A stretch of DNA of 64,000 nt from positions 11,334-75,333 of the forward strand of contig JAFQAN010000036.1 in the NCBI GenBank assembly GCA_017416915.1, in the 5' to 3' direction. Position 1 is the stretch's first letter, and each line of letters begins with the position of its first letter. Below the pieces are notes generated by a model. That model was not told where the DNA came from and did no database searches. It was given only the letters and a program-made list of their open reading frames with translations. The translations under genes were made by a program, and so were the position numbers. Positions 30,480 through 39,180 of the stretch are shown in pieces. The stretch comes from Alistipes sp. Its GTDB lineage: Bacteria; Bacteroidota; Bacteroidia; Bacteroidales; Rikenellaceae.

Positions 30480-33400
30480 TTACTTCTGTTTCTCAGCCTC
30501 TTCTGCCGCCTTCTTGCGAAGCTGCTCACGGATAAAGTCCTCCTCGGCCTTCTCACGGCGTGCCTTACGTGCCGCCTTACGCTCCTTGCGACCCTGCAAC
30601 ATAGCGTAGAGCGCGGGGACGATAAAGAGTGTTAGGAATGTCGAGAAGATAAGACCACCTACCACGGCAATACCCATAGGCTGCCACGTCTCAGAGCCTT
30701 CGCCGATACCCATAGCCATAGGCACCATACCCAAGATGGTGGTGAGCGAGGTCATAAGCACGGGGCGCAGACGGCTCTTACCACCCTCGATAACGGCGTC
30801 GGCAACGGTAGCACCACGCTCAACGAGCAGGTTCATATAATCGACAAGCACGATACCGTTCTTCGTTACGATACCCACAAGCATAATACCACCGATAAGC
30901 GCGATAATCGAGAGCGGCGTATTGCTCATCCACAGCGCAAAGAAGACACCCGACAGCGCGAAAGGCAGTGTAAACATAATGATAAGCGGGTACATCAACG
31001 ACTCGAACTGCGTAGCCATCACGATATATACAAGCACGATGATAAGTATGAGCAACATTCCAATATCGCTAAACGCCTCGCCCTGGTCCTCGATAGTACC
31101 ACCAATCTCCAATGTGATGCCCGCAGGAGCCTCGTACTCTGCCATAAGGGCATTTACCTCCGTAACGGCATCACCCAGAGCGACACCTGCACCAACCGAA
31201 CCCTCGACGGTAACTACACGCTGACGATTCTCACGCTCAATCTCGGGCGAAGAGAATGACTCGACTACCGTAGCTACATCTTTGAGCTTGATGGGGCGTC
31301 CCATAGGCGTATAGAGGGTGATGTTCTCAACCTCCTCGATGCTCTCACGGAAAGGCTCGGCATAACGTACCACGATGTTGTACTCATCGCCATCCTCGCG
31401 GTACTTGCTACACTCGTAACCATAGATGCGGTTACGCACAAACTGAGCTGCCGTAGCGCTGTTGAGACCGTAGTACGACATCTTATCGCGGTCGAAGACA
31501 ACGTTATACTCGGGTTCGAGGTCCTCACGCGAGAGCTGCACATCACGCATAGTGCTGAGCTTCGACATCTTCTGCTGCAAATCCTTCGCCGTAGCCATAG
31601 CGTCGTTCATATCGTGGCCAAACACCTTGATATTCACGGTACTTGAACCCGACATACCACCGCCACCGCCACCAGGCGACACGGTAAACTCACGAATCTC
31701 GGGGATGGCAGCGAGGTCCTTACGCAACTCATCCGAAATCTCGAAGATTGTAGGACGCTCCATATCCGACTTACGAGGCATACGCAGGTTGTAGTTGATG
31801 ATGTGCGAACCAGTAGTCTGCATCGCCGCAAAGGCGTTATCCGACGAGTTAGCACCTGCCGAGGTTGATACCATATATATATATGGGTACTTCGCATTGA
31901 TAAGCGAATCGACCTGACGAGCGATGCGTGTGGTGTAGTCCACGTGGACGTTCTGCGGCATCTTTATCATCATCGTAATACGTGCGTTATCGGCAGGCGG
32001 GAAGAACTCGGTAGGCACCTGGCTTACAAGCACCAACGACACGCCGAAGATAGCCATAAGCACCACCACGACGCTCTTCTTCCACTTAACCACAAAGCGC
32101 AACGCCTTCTCATAAACGCGGTCCAACCAGATAAGGAACTTATCGATAGGCTTATAGATGATACCGATGCCCTTGTAGGTGTGTGCCGCACCGTCGATTT
32201 TAAGCAGATATGCCGACATCATAGGTGTAAGCGTAATAGCGGCGGTGGTAGATACACATACTACGATGGTAACAATCCAACCCAGCTCTCTAAACAGGAT
32301 ACCTGCCAAACCAGGAATCATCGTAAGGGGCAAGAACACGGCAACGACAACCAGCGTAGTGGCAATAACCGACAACCACACCTCGTTGGTAGCGTAGATA
32401 GCCGCCTCCTTGGGCTTAGAGCCACGCTCGATATGCGTGGTGATGTTCTCCAACACCACAATAGCGTCGTCCACAACCATACCGATAGCGATACTGAGTG
32501 CCGATAGCGATATGATGTTAAGCGTAGAGCCTACGGCATATAGGTATATGAAGGCACATATCAACGATATGGGGATGGTGAGACATATAATAAATGTCGC
32601 TCGCCAACGTCCGAGGAAGACCATCACGACCAGAATCACAAAGATAAAGGCATACATAATAGTCTCCGAGAGCGAGTTAATAGAGTCGGTAATCTCCTGC
32701 GACGACTCGAAGATGGTCTCCACCTTACAGTCGGTAGGCAGCGTGGGGATAATCTCCTCCAACTTAGCCTGCACATCCTTGATAATCTGCACGGTGTTGG
32801 CACCAGTCTGCTTCTGCACGATGACACGCACACCCTTACGTCCGTTGATACGCTCGTCCATAGTCGCCTTCTCCAACGTATCAATGATGGTGGCAACATC
32901 CGAGAGCATCACCGTACGACCGCCAGCATTAGATACCACGATGTCGTACAACTCGCGGCTATCGTTGAACTCCAAGTCCGATTTGAGGTTGAAGGTCTGG
33001 TCGCCGAGGTCGAGCGTACCAGCAGGCACGTTCACATTCTCGGCAGCGATAATCTGACCCAACCCCTCGACCGTGAGACCGTAGGCCTCCAACTTCTTGG
33101 GATCGACATTTACCTGCACCTCGCGCTCCTGAGCGCCGATGACAGCCACCGAGCCGATACCGTTGATGCGGTTAAGCTCATTGACCATCTTATCATCGAG
33201 AATCTTAGCCAGCGCAGCATAGCTCTCATCGGCAGTTACCGAGAGCATCATAATAGGCATCATCGATGACGAGAACTTCATTACGGTCGGGTAATCGACG
33301 TTGTCGGGGAGGAACGACTGCGAGCGGCTCACCACATCGCGCACGTCGTTTGCCGCCTCCGTAAGGTCGCAACCGTACTCAAATTCGAGGGTAATCATCG

Positions 33401-33665
33401 AGACATTGTCCGATGACTTCGAAGTAATCTTTTCGAGGTTATCCACCGAGTTGAGCTGGTCCTCCAACACACGCGTAATGTTGGTCTCGATGTCCTCGGC
33501 ATTACCACCTGCGTAGGTGGTAATAACGCTGATGTAGGGTGCATCAATCTCGGGATAGTGGTCTATACCCAGCTTTGTGAGCGAGTAGAGGCCAAAGAAG
33601 ATGACGCCTACGAATATAAGTGCGACCGATATAGGTTTTCGCACCGCGGTTTCATAAATTTTCAT
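30480..33665 (-). CDS. RND efflux permease (AcrB/AcrD/AcrF family)
   Basis: 1061 aa; IAIGMVVDDAIVVLEN, GIVTKNGIVLVD, SRLRPVLMTSLTT. Confidence 0.95.
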   Translation of the reverse strand: MKIYETAVRKPISVALIFVGVIFFGLYSLTKLGIDHYPEIDAPYISVITTYAGGNAEDIETNITRVLEDQLNSVDNLEKITSKSSDNVSMITLEFEYGCDLTEAANDVRDVVSRSQSFLPDNVDYPTVMKFSSSMMPIMMLSVTADESYAALAKILDDKMVNELNRINGIGSVAVIGAQEREVQVNVDPKKLEAYGLTVEGLGQIIAAENVNVPAGTLDLGDQTFNLKSDLEFNDSRELYDIVVSNAGGRTVMLSDVATIIDTLEKATMDERINGRKGVRVIVQKQTGANTVQIIKDVQAKLEEIIPTLPTDCKVETIFESSQEITDSINSLSETIMYAFIFVILVVMVFLGRWRATFIICLTIPISLICAFIYLYAVGSTLNIISLSALSIAIGMVVDDAIVVLENITTHIERGSKPKEAAIYATNEVWLSVIATTLVVVAVFLPLTMIPGLAGILFRELGWIVTIVVCVSTTAAITLTPMMSAYLLKIDGAAHTYKGIGIIYKPIDKFLIWLDRVYEKALRFVVKWKKSVVVVLMAIFGVSLVLVSQVPTEFFPPADNARITMMIKMPQNVHVDYTTRIARQVDSLINAKYPYIYMVSTSAGANSSDNAFAAMQTTGSHIINYNLRMPRKSDMERPTIFEISDELRKDLAAIPEIREFTVSPGGGGGGMSGSSTVNIKVFGHDMNDAMATAKDLQQKMSKLSTMRDVQLSREDLEPEYNVVFDRDKMSYYGLNSATAAQFVRNRIYGYECSKYREDGDEYNIVVRYAEPFRESIEEVENITLYTPMGRPIKLKDVATVVESFSSPEIERENRQRVVTVEGSVGAGVALGDAVTEVNALMAEYEAPAGITLEIGGTIEDQGEAFSDIGMLLILIIVLVYIVMATQFESLMYPLIIMFTLPFALSGVFFALWMSNTPLSIIALIGGIMLVGIVTKNGIVLVDYMNLLVERGATVADAVIEGGKSRLRPVLMTSLTTILGMVPMAMGIGEGSETWQPMGIAVVGGLIFSTFLTLFIVPALYAMLQGRKERKAARKARREKAEEDFIREQLRKKAAEEAEKQK

Positions 33666-33677
33666 CGTTCAAAATCG

Positions 33678-34694
33678 TTACTCGTTCTTAACCTCTACCT
33701 TCTTGCCATCTGCCAGACGGGTGAACGAGGTGATAGCAACCTCCTCGCCTGCTGCCAGACCGTTGGTGATATCCACCTTCGTACCCACGCGGCGACCATC
33801 CTTCACGAAGCGATACTCGGCAACGCCATCCTTGATGACATATACGTAACGCTCCGATGAGCCTGCCTGCTTCTGCACAGCGACATCGTCGATAACGACG
33901 CCCTCACGCTGACCCATATTGAAGGTGGTGCGGGCATACATACCTGGGCGCAGACGCTCGTTGGCATTGGGGATGGTTACCTCTACCGAGAATGTACGTG
34001 TGGCGGCATCCAACGCGGGGTTGATGCGCGATACCGTGCCTTCGAACTTCTCGCCAGGGAAGATATCCACCTCAATCTCTACCTTCTGACCCACCTTGAC
34101 GATGGGGAAGTACTGCTCCGAGACGTTGGCCATCACTTTGAGCTTGTTAATCTGCATAATGTGCAGGATGGGCATCGAGGCGAAGAGGTCGCCAGGCTCA
34201 AAGTTACGTGCCGTAACAACGCCCGAGATGGGCGACTTGATGGTCGAGTTCTTACGCAAGTTCTCGACAACCTCCTTCTGCAAGTCGAGCGTGTTCTTCA
34301 TCTGCGTAATCTGCTGGTCCGAGATACCGCCCGCCTCGTGAACAGGCACCATACGGTCGTAGTTGTCCTGCGTCGTGGCGAGGTTCAACTCCTGCTGTTT
34401 GAGTGTCGTCTGGTCGAGGACCACCACAACCTGACCTGCATATACTCTATCGCCCACATCGACGCTAATCTTGTCGATATGCAGACCCTGCGCTGCGGGG
34501 GTGATATCGTTCTCCTTGTAGGGCAAAATCTCCGAGGTGTATGTCTCGGTAAGCTCCACCGTCATAGTCTCGGCAAGGGCTGTCTTAACGGTGATAACCT
34601 CATCGGCAACATTGCTCTGCGCCGCCTTCTTATCACCCTGCGAGCCGCACGCTACCATCGCAGCAGCAGCCATCAACATTACTACTTTCTTCAT
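33678..34694 (-). CDS. RND periplasmic adaptor (membrane fusion protein)
   Basis: Lipobox; IKSPISGVV, LRPGMYAR. Confidence 0.92.
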   Translation of the reverse strand: MKKVVMLMAAAAMVACGSQGDKKAAQSNVADEVITVKTALAETMTVELTETYTSEILPYKENDITPAAQGLHIDKISVDVGDRVYAGQVVVVLDQTTLKQQELNLATTQDNYDRMVPVHEAGGISDQQITQMKNTLDLQKEVVENLRKNSTIKSPISGVVTARNFEPGDLFASMPILHIMQINKLKVMANVSEQYFPIVKVGQKVEIEVDIFPGEKFEGTVSRINPALDAATRTFSVEVTIPNANERLRPGMYARTTFNMGQREGVVIDDVAVQKQAGSSERYVYVIKDGVAEYRFVKDGRRVGTKVDITNGLAAGEEVAITSFTRLADGKKVEVKNE

Positions 34695-34717
34695 TGTTTT
34701 ATCTGTTTTATCTGTTT

Positions 34718-36115
34718 TTACTCTACTGTTGTATCATTTGCAAAGACGTTTACGCCCAATACCTTCTCGTACTCAGCCTGCGCCGAGAGGTAGTCGTATA
34801 TCGACTGCGAGTACTGCAACTGCGCCTGTGTCATCGACAGCTGCGCGCTGTTGAGTTCGAGGATTGTGCCTGCACCAGCGTTATAGCGCGTGAGCGATAT
34901 GTCGTATGCCGTTGTCGCCTGCTCGACGGTAAGCTCGTTCGAGAGCATCGTCTCGCGCGCTGTCAGCAGATTGTTTATCGCCTGCTGCACCTGCAACTTC
35001 ACGCCACGCTCGGCATAGTCTCGCTGCAAGTCGAGCTGCGCCATCTGGTTACGCACCTCACGTAGCTGGTTGGTCTTCTTAAAGCCCGCAAAGATGGGTA
35101 TCGAAATCTGCGCACCTACCGATATGGGGTACTGCCACCAGAACTTCGACTGCTGCTGTGCCGTAGCACCACCCGCAGCACCGCCACCCATAGCGCCACC
35201 ACCCATAAGGGCGCTCAAATCGACACGCTCCTGACCGATGTACGAGATAGAGCCAAATGCCGCAACTGTCGGCATACGTGTCGTCTGTATAAGCTTCTCC
35301 TGATGTTTGAGCAGGTCGCGCTGCAAGTCTAAGGTTTTAAGCGTGGTGTTCTCCGACACATCTGTCGAGTAGTCCTCGTCGAGCAACACACGGTCGCGGA
35401 AATCGTCCAACGAGCCAGCAATCTCAATATCTACATCCTCGGGTATAGAGAGGTACATTTTGAGTTGCAACTTGGTGATGTTGATGCCGTTCTGCGCCTG
35501 GATGACCTGCGGTTTGAGGTTCGAGAGCTGCACCTGCGCCGTGAGGTAGTCATACTCGGCAGCAAGACCGTTGTCGTACAGCTCCTTGGTGTTGTCCACT
35601 ACGCGCTGCGTCGTGGCGATAGCCTCCTGTAACACGTCGTACGACTGCTCGGCAAGCAGCACATTGTAGTATGCCGTGCGCACGGCAGCCACCAAGTCGA
35701 TACGGTTGGCTCGCGCACTCTCCACGGCGGTCTCCATCTGCGTACGATTCATCTTCATCTGTCGATATACCGACGGCACGAAGAGTGGCAGAGCGATGTT
35801 GCCCGCCACGTTGAAGGTGTTTTTACCTCCGAACGAGAAGCCCTCGGTCATCTCCTGACGACGCAATGCCAAGGCGTACTGCGCCGAGGCATCTATCTGA
35901 GGATAGAGCGACGATACGGTCTGCTTACGTACATAGTCGTAGCGCTCAATTTCGAGGTTTGCCACCTTGATTGTAGGATTCTCACTTAGCGCAACCTCTA
36001 TCGCCTCGTCGAGGGTCAGACGTAGCGTCTGTGCCTCGGGCTGAGACTGCACCTGGGCGTGTACCGCTCCGAGCGATACAATACCCGCGCAAATCATCAC
36101 AAAAAACTTTTTCAT
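34718..36115 (-). CDS. TolC family outer membrane efflux protein
   Basis: Signal peptide, helical outer membrane efflux repeats, operon position. Confidence 0.92.
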   Translation of the reverse strand: MKKFFVMICAGIVSLGAVHAQVQSQPEAQTLRLTLDEAIEVALSENPTIKVANLEIERYDYVRKQTVSSLYPQIDASAQYALALRRQEMTEGFSFGGKNTFNVAGNIALPLFVPSVYRQMKMNRTQMETAVESARANRIDLVAAVRTAYYNVLLAEQSYDVLQEAIATTQRVVDNTKELYDNGLAAEYDYLTAQVQLSNLKPQVIQAQNGINITKLQLKMYLSIPEDVDIEIAGSLDDFRDRVLLDEDYSTDVSENTTLKTLDLQRDLLKHQEKLIQTTRMPTVAAFGSISYIGQERVDLSALMGGGAMGGGAAGGATAQQQSKFWWQYPISVGAQISIPIFAGFKKTNQLREVRNQMAQLDLQRDYAERGVKLQVQQAINNLLTARETMLSNELTVEQATTAYDISLTRYNAGAGTILELNSAQLSMTQAQLQYSQSIYDYLSAQAEYEKVLGVNVFANDTTVE

Positions 36116-36151
36116 CTTACCTATTTATATTTATAATTACTCTTGCACTCA

Positions 36152-36790
36152 CTATGATAACGTATCGGGTGCGGGGATATTGCCAAAGTACTTGTCAAAG
36201 CAGGCATCAATAATGGCTATACCCTCAACGGTACAAAGACCGCGAATAAATATCACCAACGAGTACGACATCATCGATATCATACCTATCGCATCGCGCG
36301 ATTCATAGGCGTCCGACACCATAATACCCTGTACGCTATCCGATAGCACCTTTGCCACAAAGTCGCAGTCGGCGGTCAATGTCATATATCCCGCCTCTAC
36401 GCACTTTTTGAGCCATTGGCGCAACGTCGAAAGGTGATGTACCTCGGCATTCTGCTGCAAACGCTCAAAAACCTTGGGATAGAAACGGCGCAGGTTGCGA
36501 TGCATACGGCTCGACACGGGGGCGTGGGTAATCATATCGCGCAGACATAGAATCATCACCTCCATATCGTTGTCGATGTCGGCTACCTGCTGCTTGCGAC
36601 GCTCGTTTCCCTGCTCGACGTAGAGAACGATGCTCTGATATAGCAACTCCTCCTTGTCGCCAAACATCTCGTAGAGGGTACGCTTCGACACGGATAGTTC
36701 CTGCGCGATGTCATCCATACGCACCGACTTAACACCCTGAGCGATAATCATTTTCATCGTACGCTCCAATATAATATCCTTCTGAGTCAT
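36152..36790 (-). CDS. TetR/AcrR family regulator
   Basis: N-terminal HTH VRMDDIAQELSVSKRTLYEMFGDK; start at MTQKD. Confidence 0.92.
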   Translation of the reverse strand: MTQKDIILERTMKMIIAQGVKSVRMDDIAQELSVSKRTLYEMFGDKEELLYQSIVLYVEQGNERRKQQVADIDNDMEVMILCLRDMITHAPVSSRMHRNLRRFYPKVFERLQQNAEVHHLSTLRQWLKKCVEAGYMTLTADCDFVAKVLSDSVQGIMVSDAYESRDAIGMISMMSYSLVIFIRGLCTVEGIAIIDACFDKYFGNIPAPDTLS

Positions 36791-36813
36791 ACTTTTGGGG
36801 ATTTTACACGGTG

Positions 36814-36854
36814 CAAATATATGAAAGAAAACTCGAAAAACAAAAAAAGTTTTC
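36814..36854 (-). promoter_or_regulatory. Promoter (-7 tatatttg, -33 tttg) overlapped by an inverted repeat, a candidate TetR operator
   Basis: caaatata at 36814-21 and caaa at 36841-44 (19-nt spacer); gaaaact-N14-agttttc at 36827-36854. Confidence 0.45.
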
Positions 36855-36879
36855 AAGTTTTTTTGAGGGGGGGGGAAAT

Positions 36880-37434
36880 GCTGGGTGGCGCGCGATTGAC
36901 TGGGAATGGCTGAGTGGGCGCGCGATTGACTGAGAATGACTGAGAACGACTGAGAACGACTGGGTGGCGCGCCGACGGGACTACGGGACTACGGGACTGC
37001 GAGACTACGAGACAACGAGACTGCGAGACTGCGGGACAACGAGACTACGAGACTACGAGACTACGAGACTGCGGGACCACGGGACCACGGGATACCCTAA
37101 AAAACACAGGCGTTCTCAGGCATTCTCAGGCGTTCTCAGTCGTGCAAGGCAGTACGTGGCTGCGCGAGGCAGCTTGGCGTCAGAGTGGTGCAGTAGTACC
37201 GCCGATAAAGAGATTGGGCTGGATGGATAGTACTGTGCGTACATTCCATTCAGCCCAATGATTGAGGCGGCGCTGATGCGCCGCTATCACGCCAAGCAAC
37301 GACAAGGGCTTGGTGTGAGAAGGGCGCCGAGTGCTACACTCGGCAAAAATGCCGTCGATGGGTAGTACTAAGACGTACGTCCCATTGACGGCATTTTTTG
37401 TTAGGGGACGCAATCGACCCCTTATCACGCCAAG
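36880..37434 (+). repeat. Mosaic repeat locus 7: caps, inverted 10-mers, long 8-mer array, core, 10-mers, two full hairpins (37172-37297, 37308-37434)
   Basis: Core at 37099-37111; the second hairpin ends 1 nt before the POT transporter stop codon. Confidence 0.93.
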
Positions 37435-37435
37435 A

Positions 37436-38986
37436 CTATGCGTTGGTTACACGCTCCAACCACTTAACCATACCAAGCATTACGCCCATAGAGATAAGGC
37501 AGACTGCGAGGAATACGGTCCAGCAGATCCAGATAGGCACTGCGTTATACATAAGCGGACCAATCCAGAGAAGGAGGTTACCCACCGCCGTAGCACCAAG
37601 CCACAAGCCCTGGCAGAGACCGAGCATATGCTTAGGAGCCACCTTCGACACAAACGACAGACCGAGCGGCGAGATAAACAACTCGGCAACAGTAAGGAAG
37701 AAGTAGAGTACGAAGAGTACCCACGGTCCTGCAAGCTCAACACCATTTGCACGTGCATCACTGGCTGAGGGGTAACCCTCAACAAACGAGAAGCCTGCAA
37801 GGAAGAGGTAAGCCATACCTGCGATAGCCATACCGATAGCAATCTTTCGGGGCGTAGAGATATAGATATTACGCTTAGCCAACGCGCCGAAGATATACAT
37901 AATCACGGGGGTAAGGACAATCACATAGAAGGGGTTAAGGGCCTGCCATACCTCGGGAGCTACGCTATCCGACTTCACAAAGTCGCGTGCGAACATCGAG
38001 AGCGAAGTACCGTTCTGGTGGAATGCAAACCAGAAGAAGATAGCGATGCCGAGTACTGCAAAGAGTGCATAGAGACGCTGCTTAATCTCCTTAGCTGCTG
38101 CCTTACGCTCCTCGGGAGTGTAGGTAACATTTGCAGCTGCCACCTTCTTAGCGGGAGTCGGGAACTTCTTACGAGTAGAGATAAAGATGGTAAGCGAGAT
38201 AAGCATTGCAGCCACCGAAGCGATGAACGAGTAGTGGATACCCTCGTTGAAAATCTGCAAGTAGTCATTGCTGAACGTTGCAATATCGGCGATAGGAGCG
38301 TCGCTGAGCGTAGCGCCATTAGCCGTCTCAACAAACTTGTCGAAGTTTGCCATCTCAGCGCCATTAGCATTGAAGTCGTGGCAGAGTGCGGGGAGCTGTG
38401 CGTTGTAGGTCATATCGTGAGCCTTCAACCACCACTCACGCAACAGCGGAGCAACAAACGGAGCGATGACACCACCAATGTTGATAAATACGTAGAAAAT
38501 CTGGAAACCAGAGTCGCGCTTCGACTTAGCCTCTTTCAGAGCAGCCTCGCCCTTCTTGGCTGCCTCAGCTTCGAGGTCATCGTACATCTGACCTACGATA
38601 GCCTGCAAGTTACCCTTGAACAGACCGTTACCGAAGGCTATCACAAAGAGTGCAAAGCAGGTAAGGGGCAACAACCAGCCCTGATTACCATCTGTTGCAA
38701 GAATAGGAATAGACAGCACCACATAACCTGCCGCCATAACCATAAGACCTGCCATAATAGTACCCTTGTAGTTCTGGGTCTTATCGGCAATCATACCGCC
38801 GACAAGTGCCAAGATGTAGATACCTGCATAGAAGAATGAGTAAACCAACGAGCTGGTCTCCTCGCTCAAACCGAACTTCGAGCAGAGGAACAGCACGAGG
38901 ACTGCATTCATAATGTAATAGCCGAAACGCTCACCCATATTACTGAGTGCCGCAGCTAAAAGACCTTTGGGGTGTCCTTTGAACAT
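37436..38986 (-). CDS. POT/PTR family di/tripeptide:H+ symporter
   Basis: MGERFGYY, GNGLFKGN, FYVFINIG, AELFISPLGLS. Confidence 0.93.
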   Translation of the reverse strand: MFKGHPKGLLAAALSNMGERFGYYIMNAVLVLFLCSKFGLSEETSSLVYSFFYAGIYILALVGGMIADKTQNYKGTIMAGLMVMAAGYVVLSIPILATDGNQGWLLPLTCFALFVIAFGNGLFKGNLQAIVGQMYDDLEAEAAKKGEAALKEAKSKRDSGFQIFYVFINIGGVIAPFVAPLLREWWLKAHDMTYNAQLPALCHDFNANGAEMANFDKFVETANGATLSDAPIADIATFSNDYLQIFNEGIHYSFIASVAAMLISLTIFISTRKKFPTPAKKVAAANVTYTPEERKAAAKEIKQRLYALFAVLGIAIFFWFAFHQNGTSLSMFARDFVKSDSVAPEVWQALNPFYVIVLTPVIMYIFGALAKRNIYISTPRKIAIGMAIAGMAYLFLAGFSFVEGYPSASDARANGVELAGPWVLFVLYFFLTVAELFISPLGLSFVSKVAPKHMLGLCQGLWLGATAVGNLLLWIGPLMYNAVPIWICWTVFLAVCLISMGVMLGMVKWLERVTNA

Positions 38987-39130
38987 AGATAAAAGTTTTT
39001 AGTTAATAATAATTTATAGTTTCACATTATATTTCTACTTCGAGGCGACGACGCGCTGTCGCACGATACTCGGACTACGGTTACGGAGCTAAAAACCGCT
39101 TCCGCCTGCCGAATATTACCTCACATTGGG

Positions 39131-39159
39131 CAAATATACAAATAATTTTTGTATCTTTG
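39131..39159. promoter_or_regulatory. Divergent -7 promoter elements for the POT transporter (-) and glgB (+)
   Basis: caaatata at 39131-38 (minus strand) and tatctttg at 39152-59 (plus strand). Confidence 0.55.
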
Positions 39160-39180
39160 TCATAAACTTAGTGAAAAAGT

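Noticed and set aside
36964-37230. ORFs such as MARRRDYGTTGLRDYETT (also 1458-1652, 29775-30278, 42148-42462, 44119-44458)
   Set aside because: They are translations of the 8-mer/10-mer arrays, occur on both strands and in several frames, and have no plausible starts.
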